DNA from: Thermodesulfobacteriota bacterium
Lineage (GTDB): Bacteria; Desulfobacterota; Syntrophorhabdia; Syntrophorhabdales; JANXAF01
Assembly (NCBI GenBank): GCA_025062045.1
Contig: JANXAF010000008.1
Location: 13,975-77,974 of the forward strand
Direction: 5' to 3'
DNA: 64,000 nt
Notes under the pieces: model-generated
What the model was told of the DNA's origin: nothing
Seen by the model: only the letters and a program-made list of their open reading frames with translations
Database searches by the model: none
Shown here: in pieces, positions 45,575 to 56,535 of the stretch
Position numbering within the stretch: the first letter of the stretch is position 1
Layout: every line of letters starts with the position of its first letter
Position numbers and translations under genes: made by a program

Positions 45575-47769
45575 TTACATCCCTCCCTTAGACACACTTT
45601 TTTACCCTTTTTGATGAAGAGAGTTGGACATCCACATAAAGGACAGGGGCCTTTTTCCGGCTCGAGATTTGTGATAAAAGAACACTTTGGGTAGTTGCTA
45701 CAAGCTACGTACGGCCTCTTTTTCTTTTTGGACCTTTTTTCTACAAGCTTACCGTTGCATTCAAGGATAGGACAACTAAGCCCGGTCGAGTAGGGTTCAG
45801 TGTAAGTACATAGAGGATAGGCGGAACAAGCTATAAACTTGCCATACTTTCCTATTTTCTCAACCAGGGCTCCGCCACACCTAGGACAGCTTCCTTTTCT
45901 TTCTTCTTCGATTATTTTGATCTTTCCATCTTCTGTCACTACGACGTTCTTCCTATTTTTACAGTTCTCCTTGTCCGAGCAATAGATATATTCACCATTC
46001 TTACTCCACCGGAGAACCATTGGTTTACCACATCTATCGCAGACTATTTCTGTTAGTCTCTCCTCCTTCTTTAGGTTCCTCATCTCCTCTTTCGCTTTTT
46101 TTAGTTCTTCATCGAAGACCAAGTAAAACTTTTCCAGTATCTTAGACCAATTTGCCTTTCCGTTTTCTATTTGATCGAGTCTTTCCTCCATTTTTGCCGT
46201 AAAATCTAAATCTACGACTAATGGGAAGAATTGCTTAAGAAGACTGTTCACTGTCCGCCCAAGAGGTGTTGGCTTAAGTTTACCCTCTTCTTTCTTTGCG
46301 TATCCCCTCTCTAAAATGGTGCTCAGTATCGTTGCGTACGTTGAAGGCCTTCCGATCCCATTAGTCTCCAGAGCCTTTATTAGACTTGCCTCTGTGAATC
46401 TGGGAGGTGGTGTTGTGTACTTCTTTTCCAGTTTTACCTCCTTCAGTCTTACTCTCTTATCTTTGTCCACATCAGGAAGAATGTGTCTTTCTTCTTCTGC
46501 TTCCTGCGCTTCTTCATAGAGTTTTGAAAATCCGTCAAAAATGACCCTTTCTCCCTTTGCCACAAACGTGTACTTCCCCGCTATAATTTCTACGGTTCTA
46601 GAGTCCACTATCTTTTCTGCCATCTGAGAGGCCACAAATCTCTTCCAGATGAGATCGTAAAGCAAGTAAAGATCCCTTGTGAGGTAAGGTTTTACACTTT
46701 CGGGAGTCCGCCAAACATCCGTTGGGCGGATAGCCTCGTGGGCATCCTGGGCAGTACTTTTATTTTTGAAAATACGGGGAGAAGAAGGGAGGTATTCTGA
46801 GCCGAAAAGCTCGTAGATCAGTTTTTTAGCATCTTCTCTAGCCTCTTCGGAAATTCGCACCGAATCAGTCCTCATGTACGTTATAAGGCCGGTTACCTTT
46901 CCTTCTTCCAACTCTACGCCTTCATAGAGAATCTGGGCGAGTAACATGGTTTTTTTAGGCGAAAACTTGAGAACTTTTGAAGCTTCCTGCTGCATTCTAC
47001 TTGTGATGAAGGGCGGTTGAGGAGCAATTTCTCTTTTCTTTTTCGTTACGGATTTTATTTCGAAAGAAAGTGATTCTAGTTCTTTTTTTATTTTTTGTGC
47101 TTCCTCTTCTTTTTGGATTTTGGCTTTTTCTCCGTCTATACTCGCAAGGCTTGCTTCAAATTGGGTCCCGGAATCGAGCTCAAGAACGACATTTATCTTC
47201 CAGTACTCCTCCTTTACAAACTTTTCAATCTCTTCTTCCCTATCACAGATCATTCTCAGCGCTGCAGACTGTACACGTCCTGCCGATAACCTGTGGCTCA
47301 CCTTTTCCCACAGGATCGGGCTTATCTGGTATCCCACGAGCCTGTCCAAAATTCTTCTGGCTTTTTGTGCGTTATATTTATTTTCGTTAAGATCTGTGAT
47401 GGAGCGTAGGCCCTTCTCTATCCCTTTCTTCGTTATTTCATGGAAGAGGACCCTCTTTATCTCTTTATGCCCGTCCAAAAGTTCCGCCACGTGGAATGCT
47501 ATAGCCTCCCCCTCCCTATCTGGATCGGAACCTATAAGAACTCTGTCCGCCTCCCTGCTAGACTTTTTTATATCCTCTACGATTTTTGATTTCCCCTTGA
47601 TCACCACAAACTCGGGGGTGAATCCGTTCTTTATGTCGACACCTAGACGATCTTCAGGAAGATCTTTTATGTGGCCATATGTGGCCTTGATGATGTAATT
47701 TGAGTCGAGAAATTTGGCGAGGGTCTTAACCTTTGTCGGAGACTCAACTATAAGGAGAGATTTTCCCAT
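45556..47769 (-). CDS. topA: DNA topoisomerase I (type IA) with C-terminal zinc ribbons
   Basis: 737 aa with a TOPRIM N-terminus (LLIVESPTKVKT, DPDREGEAI), the YMRTDS active-site Tyr region and multiple CxxC...CxxC fingers at the C-terminus. Confidence 0.95.
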   Translation of the reverse strand: MGKSLLIVESPTKVKTLAKFLDSNYIIKATYGHIKDLPEDRLGVDIKNGFTPEFVVIKGKSKIVEDIKKSSREADRVLIGSDPDREGEAIAFHVAELLDGHKEIKRVLFHEITKKGIEKGLRSITDLNENKYNAQKARRILDRLVGYQISPILWEKVSHRLSAGRVQSAALRMICDREEEIEKFVKEEYWKINVVLELDSGTQFEASLASIDGEKAKIQKEEEAQKIKKELESLSFEIKSVTKKKREIAPQPPFITSRMQQEASKVLKFSPKKTMLLAQILYEGVELEEGKVTGLITYMRTDSVRISEEAREDAKKLIYELFGSEYLPSSPRIFKNKSTAQDAHEAIRPTDVWRTPESVKPYLTRDLYLLYDLIWKRFVASQMAEKIVDSRTVEIIAGKYTFVAKGERVIFDGFSKLYEEAQEAEEERHILPDVDKDKRVRLKEVKLEKKYTTPPPRFTEASLIKALETNGIGRPSTYATILSTILERGYAKKEEGKLKPTPLGRTVNSLLKQFFPLVVDLDFTAKMEERLDQIENGKANWSKILEKFYLVFDEELKKAKEEMRNLKKEERLTEIVCDRCGKPMVLRWSKNGEYIYCSDKENCKNRKNVVVTEDGKIKIIEEERKGSCPRCGGALVEKIGKYGKFIACSAYPLCTYTEPYSTGLSCPILECNGKLVEKRSKKKKRPYVACSNYPKCSFITNLEPEKGPCPLCGCPTLFIKKGKKVCLREGCNWQSES

Positions 47770-47770
47770 C

Positions 47771-48802
47771 TTACACCCTCAAGTAGAATCCCCCAGGGAA
47801 ACCCTTTATGAGTCCTTTGAGTTCCAACCTTGTTAGAATTGCGAGGACTTTTGGCGAATCCATCCTCGCCTTCTCGATTATTTCATCTACATGTGTACTT
47901 TCATTTCCTATTGCGGAAAACACTAAAAGTTCTTCATTTTCAAGCTCAACCTTCGATTCTTTTTTAGGTCTTATGTGCGGGAAAGAGTATTCTATTATGT
48001 CTCCTATTTCAGTCACGAGCCTTGCACCTTCTTTTATCAAAAGGTTTGTTCCCGAATGGGACTCATCGTATACGTTTCCTGGAACAGCCATAACATCCCT
48101 TCCGTAGTCGAGTCCCAGCCTTGCCGTGATAAGCGCCCCACTTTTTCTCGAGGCTTCAACCACAAGGATCGCTTTTGACAAACCGGCTATAATTCGATTC
48201 CTCTCTGGAAAGTGATACGGAAAAGGCGGGACACCAGGCGCGTATTCTGAAAAAATCATCCCCTCCTCAGAGATTTGTTCGTAAAGGCGCCTATTCTCTG
48301 CCGGGTAACACACATCTATACCACATCCCAGAACAGCAACGGTTTTCCCATTTCCTTTGAGAGCCCCTCTATGTGCTTGCGCATCTATACCCCTAGCTAG
48401 CCCACTGACTATTGTAATTCCAAGTTCCGATAAAGTTTCACCTACTCTTTCTGCGAGATTTAAACCCTCGTAGGAAGCTTTTCTCGATCCTACAATCGCA
48501 ATAGTCTCGTTAAGGTAACGCATTTTTCCTTTGACGTAAAGGACTATAGGGGCATCGGGAATTGTTCTTAGGATTGATGGATACGAGTCATCAAGAATGG
48601 TAACGATTGAAGAGCCAATCTTTTGTAGGTACGTAAGTTCCTTCTCCAGTTCCTTTTCAATTTCTTTATTTACGATTTTCTCCATCATTTTGAGCGAACC
48701 AGTTCTTTTTTTGCTAATCTCATCGGCCAGTCTTCTTTTTTCTGTCCTTGAGAGCCCCTTCATTTTTGAGAGGGCAAAAAGACAGACTCTCAAGTAGTCC
48801 AT
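47771..48802 (-). CDS. dprA: DNA-processing protein DprA (Smf)
   Basis: 343 aa with the Rossmann-like core IAIVGSRKAS..., GLARGIDAQAH and ERNRIIAGL. Conserved dprA-topA-trmFO neighbourhood. Confidence 0.9.
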   Translation of the reverse strand: MDYLRVCLFALSKMKGLSRTEKRRLADEISKKRTGSLKMMEKIVNKEIEKELEKELTYLQKIGSSIVTILDDSYPSILRTIPDAPIVLYVKGKMRYLNETIAIVGSRKASYEGLNLAERVGETLSELGITIVSGLARGIDAQAHRGALKGNGKTVAVLGCGIDVCYPAENRRLYEQISEEGMIFSEYAPGVPPFPYHFPERNRIIAGLSKAILVVEASRKSGALITARLGLDYGRDVMAVPGNVYDESHSGTNLLIKEGARLVTEIGDIIEYSFPHIRPKKESKVELENEELLVFSAIGNESTHVDEIIEKARMDSPKVLAILTRLELKGLIKGFPGGFYLRV

Positions 48803-48804
48803 TT

Positions 48805-49452
48805 TCAGGCTTTTATTCTGAAAATCTTTTCTTTTTTCAATTCATCGAAATAGAGGGATCCTATAGCAGCGTACTCCCTGATCACCAGTTCCCTAGAAAG
48901 AGTCTCCCTCCACCACTTCTCAACGTTAAAAAAGGTGACTTTTACGGGATTTACAAAGAAGAGAGGACCTTTTGTTCCTGATTCACCGTAAAGTACTTTG
49001 TACCTCCGGGAAGCGTATTCCGGAACAAGAATCATCACCTTTTTTATCCCTGCTTTTTTGCACATCTCGATTAGGGATTTAGACTTTTCTTTTTCTTTTC
49101 CGTCTAGTCTTACTCCTTTTATCAAATCTCCTTTTATACCCTTACTTTTTGCCATCCCTTTTATCAGTTGGGTTACTGACGTGTCAAGGAGGGTGTACTC
49201 TTCAATCCATATAGCTTTTACGCTGCCTTTTTTTAATTCTTCTATTGCAGCCTTGTAGACTTCCCCATTTTTATCTTCCCGGAAACAGGGTACAAAGGCT
49301 ATGTCCGAGGAATTGGCTTTATCGGCATAGAGAAGTTGCTTTCCCACAAATTTCAAACTCAAAGGGTGAAAAAGAACGGCGAGTACAACTAGCACTACAA
49401 TAAGTAACATGAAAAGGCAACCACAACCTATTCTTCCCCTTTCTCTTCTCAT
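48805..49452 (-). CDS. Membrane-anchored hypothetical protein, possibly DUF218/YdcF-ElyC-like
   Basis: 215 aa with an N-terminal TM helix. There is weak resemblance (ILVPEYASRRY versus the family's TSxxHxxRA) only. Confidence 0.35.
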   Translation of the reverse strand: MRRERGRIGCGCLFMLLIVVLVVLAVLFHPLSLKFVGKQLLYADKANSSDIAFVPCFREDKNGEVYKAAIEELKKGSVKAIWIEEYTLLDTSVTQLIKGMAKSKGIKGDLIKGVRLDGKEKEKSKSLIEMCKKAGIKKVMILVPEYASRRYKVLYGESGTKGPLFFVNPVKVTFFNVEKWWRETLSRELVIREYAAIGSLYFDELKKEKIFRIKA

Positions 49453-50183
49453 TTTTTTATGCTTTCGTAATGGATTATGGAAAGCACTACAAGCGGTGTT
49501 GTTTCTGTTCGGAAGATTGTGTTACCGAGAGAAACAGGTATAAATCCATTTTCCTTAAGCCAAGATATTTCCGACTCCTCTATTCCTCCTTCAGGCCCTA
49601 TAGCAATACAGATCTGACCATCCCCGGTCTCCCCAAAGACATCCCTTAACTGCCTTTCCCTTTCATGCTCGTAGAGAACCCATCTCACATCCGCATCCTT
49701 GACGTACGGAAGAATTCCCCTTAGAGGGACGGGGTTCAAAATTTCGGGAACGGTAAATCTCCCCGATTGTCTAGATGCTTCCACTGCCAGTCTTTTCCAT
49801 CTTTCGACCTTTTTATCCTTTTCATCAAGCTTTATTATTGTCCTCTTAAAAAGGGTCGGTAGAATCCTATCTACACCTAATTCCGTTGCTTTCTCTATCA
49901 TCCAGTCCATTCGCGGTCCTTTTATTGGACTCACACAGAGGGTAACTTTCCGTTTTTTTTCCTCGGGATGATAAACGACATCCAGTATCTTAAAATACAC
50001 TTCCTTTTTCTTTACACTGTGAATGTGTGCCCTGTAGAGGTAACCTTTTCCGTCTATTAGGTCTATTCTGTCTCCTGGAGCTTTTCTTAAAACATTGACT
50101 ACGTATCTGTACATGGGACCAGTAACAAAGATAAGCCCGTTTTTCGCCTTGACTTTATCGACAAATATCCTTCTCACTTCCAT
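49449..50183 (-). CDS. rsmE: 16S rRNA (uracil1498-N3)-methyltransferase
   Basis: 244 aa with N-terminus RIFV...YRYVVNVLR, a PUA-like domain, and the SPOUT C-terminus (IGPEGG, SLGNTIFRTETT). Confidence 0.85.
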   Translation of the reverse strand: MEVRRIFVDKVKAKNGLIFVTGPMYRYVVNVLRKAPGDRIDLIDGKGYLYRAHIHSVKKKEVYFKILDVVYHPEEKKRKVTLCVSPIKGPRMDWMIEKATELGVDRILPTLFKRTIIKLDEKDKKVERWKRLAVEASRQSGRFTVPEILNPVPLRGILPYVKDADVRWVLYEHERERQLRDVFGETGDGQICIAIGPEGGIEESEISWLKENGFIPVSLGNTIFRTETTPLVVLSIIHYESIKK

Positions 50184-51160
50184 TATCTCTCCCCTTCATA
50201 AGAGTCTCGATCTGATATATTGTAAAAGCGAGACTCGTAAACCCTGTGGTACTCGGTCCATCTTTCGTCCGCCATTCTTTCCCGCATGTACTCTTTCACT
50301 CCCATTACCTTTGCATCCAGATTGTCCAGATAATGGACTATCAATGCCTCTATAAACATCGGTTTTTTTGGCGACCCCCACTCTTCGAGCCCGTGATGAC
50401 TGATGATTATGTGTAAGAGAGCGTTGTAAAGGGTATCCGGAAAATTTGGTATTTGACTTACGACTCCCTTTACAATATCTATCCCCAAGGCTATATGACC
50501 CAAAAGTCTTCCTCTGTCTGAATACCTGAATCCTCCTCTCACTTCAATTTCCTCAATCTTGCCTATATCGTGTATGAGGCAGCCAGTAAGGACTATGTCC
50601 ATGTTTCCGCCTATTATGTTGACAACTTCCTTGCCCATTTTAGCCATAGTCACCGAATGCTCAAGAAGGCCTCCAATCGAGACATGGTGGACGTTCAAAG
50701 ATGCGGGGTAAAAAAAGAACCTCCGTACCACGTCGCTCCTTTTTTCGATTTCCGCAAAAAGCGAACGGAGATATGGGTTCTTTATGCCACTTACAATCTG
50801 CTTGTACTCTTCTTTCATTGTGTCTATACCTTTTTCGGTCTCAGGGAAAAAAGCTTTCATGTCTTCTATTGTTATGTTTTCCTGCACTTTTTTAATGTCG
50901 GTTATGGTGAGTTGTAGCTTTTCCTGGTAAATGGTTGCCCTGGAATGTAAAAAAACCAAATCGTCCTTTTCAAATCGGGCCTCAAGTTCGTCAACCCTGT
51001 CCCAGATCCGCCCTTCCACAGTTCCTGAAGAATCCCTAAGCGTAACGCTTATGTACCTTGCATTGTTCTTCGAAAAAGATACGCTCTTTCTCACTACAAG
51101 AAAGTATCCGTTCACTTCTTGGTTGTTTACTATGTCTTTAACATAGATTCCTTTTTCCAT
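50183..51160 (-). CDS. OB-fold plus HD-domain protein (YhaM-like 3'-5' exoribonuclease family)
   Basis: 325 aa with an N-terminal OB-fold-like segment and an HD domain (GGLLEHS, IHDIGK, ISHHG). Confidence 0.75.
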   Translation of the reverse strand: MEKGIYVKDIVNNQEVNGYFLVVRKSVSFSKNNARYISVTLRDSSGTVEGRIWDRVDELEARFEKDDLVFLHSRATIYQEKLQLTITDIKKVQENITIEDMKAFFPETEKGIDTMKEEYKQIVSGIKNPYLRSLFAEIEKRSDVVRRFFFYPASLNVHHVSIGGLLEHSVTMAKMGKEVVNIIGGNMDIVLTGCLIHDIGKIEEIEVRGGFRYSDRGRLLGHIALGIDIVKGVVSQIPNFPDTLYNALLHIIISHHGLEEWGSPKKPMFIEALIVHYLDNLDAKVMGVKEYMRERMADERWTEYHRVYESRFYNISDRDSYEGER

Positions 51161-51163
51161 AGG

Positions 51164-52129
51164 CTATCCGTTCGTGAAATGATCGTATCCCTTAATCTTG
51201 TACTCCACAGCCTTCCCATCTTTTATAAGCTTCACTCCCTTCCCGGATACGACTTCACCGATCACTGAAATCTTATATCCCTTTTTTATGAGCGACTCCA
51301 GAAGACCTATTTTAGTTTTCGAAAATGTGAAGAGAAACTGGTAATCCTCCCCGCCAGAAAGGGCAAGATCCTCGAGCTTCTCTTTTTTTAGATCCCTAGG
51401 GATTGGAAGCTTGTCGAAGTAGATAATTCCACATTTCTTACTCTCCTCCATCATCCTTTCTAGGTCTATGAGGAGTCCATCACTTATGTCCATCATGGCA
51501 TTTGTTATATCATGTTTAATCAGTTCCTTCCAAATCTCGTAAGGAGGCCTTGGATTACGATACCTATCAACGAACCTCTTTTGACCCTTCTTCCCTTCCA
51601 GTCCGCTTCGTAGAAGCAAAAGCCCATAGGCACTCTCTCCCAAATATCCTGTGACCCCTATAAGGTCTCTCTCTCGTGCAAGGTTTCTGCCCTTGTAGGT
51701 GTCCAATTTCAAAAGTCCAACCATGGAGACGTCGATAAAAAAATCGGTCTTTGTGGATACGACGTCCCCCCCGACTAGAGTTATTCCAAACTCACATCCA
51801 ACCCTTCTCATTCCTCGATAGATGGCTCGAACGGAATCGGAGCCAATTCTTTTTGGGATTCCCAATGTCACTTGGTAAAAGAGTGGCTCGGCACCCATTG
51901 AGAGAACATCAGCGATGTTTACGTAAAGAGCTTTTTTACCCACTTGATAAGGACTGAGATACGAAAAGGTGAAGTGGATGCCCTCCACGATGGCATCCTG
52001 ACAAAGAACTACAGAACTATCCTCTATTCTCACTACTGCTCCGTCATCCCCAATCCCTCTAATAATCGCCGGTTTCTTTTCTCCGAACTTTTTTAGGATT
52101 TTAACGAGCTCTCTCTCTGGAATCTCCAT
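51164..52129 (-). CDS. thiL: Thiamine-monophosphate kinase
   Basis: 321 aa with the GIGDDGAVV motif and AIR-synthase-like domains (LVGGD, DISDGL). Confidence 0.85.
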   Translation of the reverse strand: MEIPERELVKILKKFGEKKPAIIRGIGDDGAVVRIEDSSVVLCQDAIVEGIHFTFSYLSPYQVGKKALYVNIADVLSMGAEPLFYQVTLGIPKRIGSDSVRAIYRGMRRVGCEFGITLVGGDVVSTKTDFFIDVSMVGLLKLDTYKGRNLARERDLIGVTGYLGESAYGLLLLRSGLEGKKGQKRFVDRYRNPRPPYEIWKELIKHDITNAMMDISDGLLIDLERMMEESKKCGIIYFDKLPIPRDLKKEKLEDLALSGGEDYQFLFTFSKTKIGLLESLIKKGYKISVIGEVVSGKGVKLIKDGKAVEYKIKGYDHFTNG

Positions 52130-53435
52130 CCGGATCTCCGTATATGATATTTCTCGCTTTTTCGAGGTACTCTTTGAGCTTCACCTCATAACCCCTCGTC
52201 GTTGGAAAGTAGTACCTTTTCTGTGCGATCTCTTCCGGTCTGTAACTTTGTTTCACAATACCGCCCTCAAAATCGTGCGGGTATAAGTACTCTTTCCCAT
52301 ATCCCAAATCCCGCATCAGTTTGGTAGGCGCAGTCCTAAGATGAATAGGAACCGGATATTCTGGAAGTTCAGAGACATCTTTTTCTGCTTTTTGTAGTGC
52401 CACGTAAACGGAATTACTCTTCTCACATAACGATAGGTATATGCAAGCTTGGGCAAGGGCGAGATAACCTTCTGGAGGACCCAAAAACTCAAAAGCCTCC
52501 TTTGCCGATATGGCAAGTGTTAGAGCATATGGGTCTGCACAACCCACATCCTCAGACGCAAATATTACCATTCTACGCGCAATATAGAGGGGATCTTCTC
52601 CTGCATTTATCATCCGCATCATCCAGTACAAAGCCGCATCTGGATCGGAGCCTCTCATGCTCTTTATAAACGCACTTGCAAGTCCGTAATGCATGTCACC
52701 TTTTCTGTCGTAAGTCCTCGGTCTTATCTGGCAAGCCTCAAATATGCATTCACTGTCAACTGACTGAAGATTCTTCTCTTTCGCTAAAGAATGGCTCATT
52801 TCCAATATCGTTAGAGCCCTTCTTGCGTCACCATCAGAAAGAGAGGCTATAAGAGAAAGCATCTCATCGTTTACTAAAACGCCAGAAGTGTTAAGCTCAG
52901 AGTTGTCTTTCGCCCTTTTTAATATAAAAAATAATTCCTCCTCTGATAGCGGGTTGAGCTTCACCACCTTCATTCGCGAAAGAAGAGGTTTTATTATCGC
53001 GAAGGAAGGGTTTTCCGTCGTTGCTCCGATAAGAAGAATCTGACCTTTCTCCACATAAGGTAGAAATAGATCCTGCTTGCTTCTATTGAGACTGTGAAAT
53101 TCGTCCAAGAAAAGAAGAATCTTCTCATTTTTAGACCTTTTTATAATCTCCCTCATTTCTTTTACACCGATGCTAACTGCGCTTAAAAATATTGCGTAAA
53201 GACCAAGCTCTTTCGCTATTATATAAGCTAAAGTCGTCTTTCCACACCCGCTTGGGCCCCAAAGGACCATAGATGGAACCTTTTTCTGTTTAATTAAGGT
53301 AAAGAGCAATTTTCCTTTCCCCAGAACGTGTGTCTGACCTACGAATTCCTTAAGAGTTTGCGGTCTCATTCTTTCCGCAAGAGGGACAGTATAAGGTTCT
53401 TTTCTTCCTGTATCAAAGAGATCCACAATCGTCAT
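52101..53435 (-). CDS. rarA: Replication-associated recombination protein A (AAA+ ATPase RarA/MgsA)
   Basis: 444 aa with PLAERMRPQTL.EFVGQ, Walker A GPSGCGKTT, Walker B LFLDEFH and the MgsA C-terminal domain (HYGLASAFIKSMRGSDPDAALYW). Confidence 0.95.
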   Translation of the reverse strand: MTIVDLFDTGRKEPYTVPLAERMRPQTLKEFVGQTHVLGKGKLLFTLIKQKKVPSMVLWGPSGCGKTTLAYIIAKELGLYAIFLSAVSIGVKEMREIIKRSKNEKILLFLDEFHSLNRSKQDLFLPYVEKGQILLIGATTENPSFAIIKPLLSRMKVVKLNPLSEEELFFILKRAKDNSELNTSGVLVNDEMLSLIASLSDGDARRALTILEMSHSLAKEKNLQSVDSECIFEACQIRPRTYDRKGDMHYGLASAFIKSMRGSDPDAALYWMMRMINAGEDPLYIARRMVIFASEDVGCADPYALTLAISAKEAFEFLGPPEGYLALAQACIYLSLCEKSNSVYVALQKAEKDVSELPEYPVPIHLRTAPTKLMRDLGYGKEYLYPHDFEGGIVKQSYRPEEIAQKRYYFPTTRGYEVKLKEYLEKARNIIYGDPDGDSRERAR

Positions 53436-53559
53436 GATACCAGTTTTCTTTTCGCATTTTCAAACAGTCAAGAAGGGCTTTTGAGTCTTTATCTGGCGAG
53501 AAAATCTGTTTTAAAGGGGTAAGTTGGATTCTGGCTTAAACAGAAATTTAAAAAGGAGC

Positions 53560-53943
53560 CTATTTTTTCTCTTCCTGCTTTTTCTCCTTTTTCCTTGTAA
53601 GCTCGATCAGCGCCATTCTGGCACAGTCTCCCTTTCTCGTTCCAAGGTTCAAAACCCTAATATACCCGCCGTTCACATCCTTAAACCTTTCTCCTATATC
53701 CGAGAATAACTTTTTCACAGCCTCTTTGTTTCTGAGCGCGCTAAAAGCCATTCTCATAGAGTGCAGATCCTTCCTTTTAGCAAGCGTGATTAACCTTTCG
53801 GCGTAGCTTTTGAGAGCCATCGCCTTGGCTTTTGTTGTCTTTATGCTCTCGTGAATGAAAAGGGATGTAGCGAGGTTTCTAAGTAAAGCCACCCTATGGC
53901 TTTTTGTTCTGTTAAGTTTTTTTACCTTATCGAGATGTCTCAT
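53560..53943 (-). CDS. rplQ: 50S ribosomal protein L17
   Basis: 127 aa with N-terminus MRHLDKVKKLNRTKSHR, typical of L17. Follows rpoA. Confidence 0.95.
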   Translation of the reverse strand: MRHLDKVKKLNRTKSHRVALLRNLATSLFIHESIKTTKAKAMALKSYAERLITLAKRKDLHSMRMAFSALRNKEAVKKLFSDIGERFKDVNGGYIRVLNLGTRKGDCARMALIELTRKKEKKQEEKK

Positions 53944-53953
53944 GTCCTGCTCC

Positions 53954-54973
53954 TTAAATCTGTTGTTTTCTCTTTTCGGCCATTCTATCCAGTTCTTCCC
54001 GGGATGGGAAGTTTTCTAAGTGCATGCCGAGCCTTAGCCCCATACTCGCGAGAATCTCTTTTATCTCGTTTAAGGACTTTCTCCCAAAATTCTTCGTTTC
54101 TAGGATCTGCTGCTCTGTCTTTTGCACAAGCTCACCTATGTACTTGATATTGGCGTTTCTTAGACAGTTAGCACTTCTTACCGAGAGCTCAAGTTCATCT
54201 ACGGTTTTGAAAAGATTCTCGTTAAATTCGTACTTTTCCTTGGGTTTCTCCTCTTTTTCAATTACTTCCTCTTTCTCCTCGAAGCGGATAAATACGTTCA
54301 ACTGTTCCTTGAGAATCTTTGCAGCATAAGATAACGCGTCGAGAGGGTTGATGCTCCCGTTCGTCCATATCTCCATTGTTAGTTTGTCATAGTCAGTTCT
54401 CTCACCAACCCTTGCTGGATTCACATTATAGGCAACTTTCACGATAGGGCAGAATGCAGCATCGATAGGAATTGTCCCTAATGGCTCGCCGTCCAACTTC
54501 ATCTGCTCTGCCGGGACGTAACCCCTGCCATATCTTGCTTTCATAACCATGTAAAGACGACCATCACTGTTTAAAGTGGCTATATGATGATCAGGATTTA
54601 TGATTTCAACTCCACCGTCGTGAATTATATCTCCAGCTTTCACCTCACAGGGTCCTTTTTTGTCTATCTTAAGCTCCTTAGTCTTTCCGTCGTTTATCCT
54701 AAGAACCACTTTCTTCAAATTGAGGACTATTTCGACCACATCTTCCTTTACGCCCCTGATGGTAGAGAATTCATGGGGAACACCCTCTATCCAGACCGAA
54801 ACGATGGCAGATCCCATAATGGAGGAAAGTAAAACTCTTCTTAGTGAATTTCCGACAGTTATTCCGAAACCTCTTTCTAAGGGCTCGACTGAGAACTTGA
54901 GATAATTTGGTTCGCTCTTTTCTATGTCTAGCTTTTTTGGGGTTATAAGTTCTGTCCAGTTCTTTTCTATCAT
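53954..54973 (-). CDS. rpoA: DNA-directed RNA polymerase alpha subunit
   Basis: 339 aa with the [11 protein letters not shown] motif and the C-terminal-domain motif [11 protein letters not shown]. Confidence 0.97.
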   Translation of the reverse strand: MIEKNWTELITPKKLDIEKSEPNYLKFSVEPLERGFGITVGNSLRRVLLSSIMGSAIVSVWIEGVPHEFSTIRGVKEDVVEIVLNLKKVVLRINDGKTKELKIDKKGPCEVKAGDIIHDGGVEIINPDHHIATLNSDGRLYMVMKARYGRGYVPAEQMKLDGEPLGTIPIDAAFCPIVKVAYNVNPARVGERTDYDKLTMEIWTNGSINPLDALSYAAKILKEQLNVFIRFEEKEEVIEKEEKPKEKYEFNENLFKTVDELELSVRSANCLRNANIKYIGELVQKTEQQILETKNFGRKSLNEIKEILASMGLRLGMHLENFPSREELDRMAEKRKQQI

Positions 54974-55001
54974 GAAATTATCCCTCCTTTAGCAAGGGAA
55001 C

Positions 55002-55622
55002 CTAACGAGAATAAAACTCAACGATTAGCTGCTCCTTTATAGGCATCGTTATATCTTCTCTGGTAGGCATTACCCTCACCGTGGCTTTTAAATTGGCCTT
55101 ATCCACGCTGAGCCATGAAGGAATCCCCCTCCTTACAACAGATTCAACGGCGTTTTTTACAGGAAGTAGATCCTTGTTCTTTATCTCTATGACATCGCCC
55201 GGTTTTACAAGGTACGAAGGGATGTTCACACACTTCCCATTCACTAGTACGTGTCTGTGGGAAACAAGCTGTCGTGCCTCCCTTCTGGAAGAGGCAAATC
55301 CACATCTGTAAACGGTGTTATCGAGCCTTCTTTCCAAAAGCACGAGGAGGTTTGTACCCACAATACCTTTCATTCTCTCTGCCATTTCAAAAAATCTTTT
55401 AAACTGCCTCTCCGTAAGCCCGTACATTCTTTTTACCTTCTGTTTCTCTCTCAGACGCATCCCATACTCCATGAACTTACCGCGCACCTCCGTATGTTGT
55501 CCGGGCGGATAATTACGCCTTTCGATCGCACATTTCTCAGTATAACACCGCTCACCTTTGAGGTAGAGCTTCATTCCTTCTCTTCTACATAGCCTGCAGA
55601 CTGGTCCTGTATACCTCGCCAT
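55002..55622 (-). CDS. rpsD: 30S ribosomal protein S4 (Cys4 zinc-ribbon form)
   Basis: 206 aa beginning [31 protein letters not shown]. Confidence 0.97.
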   Translation of the reverse strand: MARYTGPVCRLCRREGMKLYLKGERCYTEKCAIERRNYPPGQHTEVRGKFMEYGMRLREKQKVKRMYGLTERQFKRFFEMAERMKGIVGTNLLVLLERRLDNTVYRCGFASSRREARQLVSHRHVLVNGKCVNIPSYLVKPGDVIEIKNKDLLPVKNAVESVVRRGIPSWLSVDKANLKATVRVMPTREDITMPIKEQLIVEFYSR

Positions 55623-55633
55623 CTCTTTCTCCT

Positions 55634-56023
55634 TTAAACTCTTCTTCTTTTTGGCGGTCTACAACCGTCGTGAGGAATGGGAGTTATATCTTTTATCATG
55701 TGTATCTTCAGCCCTGCACTCTGTAGTGCTCTCAACGCAGCTTCCCTTCCTGCTCCCGGTCCTTTAATGAAGACATCCACTGTCTTCATTCCATGCTCCA
55801 TAGCCTTTTTTGCAGCATCTTCTGCTGCAAGCTGTGCCGCAAAAGGTGTGCTTTTTCTTGAACCCTTAAACCCCACGACTCCGCCGCTCGACCAGGCAAT
55901 GACATTCCCTTGAGGATCTGTGATAGTCACTATGGTGTTATTAAAGCTGGAGTGTATGTAGGCCGAGCCAAAAGGCACGTTCTTTTTGACCTTTTTCTTC
56001 GACGTCTTTTTAGGTTTACCCAT
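55634..56023 (-). CDS. rpsK: 30S ribosomal protein S11
   Basis: 129 aa with the [15 protein letters not shown] signature. Confidence 0.97.
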   Translation of the reverse strand: MGKPKKTSKKKVKKNVPFGSAYIHSSFNNTIVTITDPQGNVIAWSSGGVVGFKGSRKSTPFAAQLAAEDAAKKAMEHGMKTVDVFIKGPGAGREAALRALQSAGLKIHMIKDITPIPHDGCRPPKRRRV

Positions 56024-56032
56024 TTTACCACC

Positions 56033-56401
56033 TCACTTCTTCTTCCTCATAGAACTCTTTCTTGGTCCTTTTCTCGTTCTAGCATTAGTTCTAGTTCTCT
56101 GTCCCCGAACCGGCAGACCCCGTCTGTGTCTTAGGCCCCTGTAGCATCCAATGTCCATGAGCCTTTTTATGTTCATGCTTATCTCTTTTCTTAAATCCCC
56201 TTCGATCTTATAGTTTTTCTCTATTATGTCCCTTATTTTGGCTATCTCCTCATCCTTTAAATCCTTGGTCTTTCTTGAGGGATCAATACCGGCCTGTTCT
56301 AGGATTTTACTTGCGGAAGATTTACCAATACCGAATATGTAGGTTAAAGCTATGTCTATTCGCTTTTCTTTGGGGATATCTACGCCCGCTATTCTTGCCA
56401 A
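56033..56401 (-). CDS. rpsM: 30S ribosomal protein S13
   Basis: 122 aa beginning [14 protein letters not shown]. Confidence 0.97.
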   Translation of the reverse strand: MARIAGVDIPKEKRIDIALTYIFGIGKSSASKILEQAGIDPSRKTKDLKDEEIAKIRDIIEKNYKIEGDLRKEISMNIKRLMDIGCYRGLRHRRGLPVRGQRTRTNARTRKGPRKSSMRKKK

Positions 56402-56412
56402 TTTTTCCTCCT

Positions 56413-56526
56413 TTAACCCTGTCTCTGCTTATGCTTGGGATTTACGCAGATTACGCGCAAAATCCCCTTTCTCTTGATTATTTTGCACTTGTCGCACCTT
56501 CTCTTAATAGATGGTCTTACCTTCAT
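56413..56526 (-). CDS. rpmJ: 50S ribosomal protein L36 (zinc-binding form)
   Basis: Not in the ORF track because it is under 60 aa. Reverse translation of 56526..56413 gives [37 protein letters not shown] followed by a stop. Located between infA and rpsM, as expected. Confidence 0.9.
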   Translation of the reverse strand: MKVRPSIKRRCDKCKIIKRKGILRVICVNPKHKQRQG

Positions 56527-56535
56527 TTTTGCTCC

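Noticed and set aside
47120-47698. 192-aa ORF antisense to topA (plus other antisense ORFs of 60-170 aa throughout the track, e.g. 16750..17259 and 23082..23525)
   Set aside because: These are shadow ORFs within well-supported genes. None has a plausible start context or conserved motif.
53436-53559. 124-bp spacer after rplQ as a candidate terminator or small RNA
   Set aside because: It has only a weak, AT-rich, imperfect inverted repeat (CTGTTTAA...TTAAAACAG) with a large loop. The spacer is better explained by the rarA promoter (TTGACT-17-GAAAAC-7-ATG).
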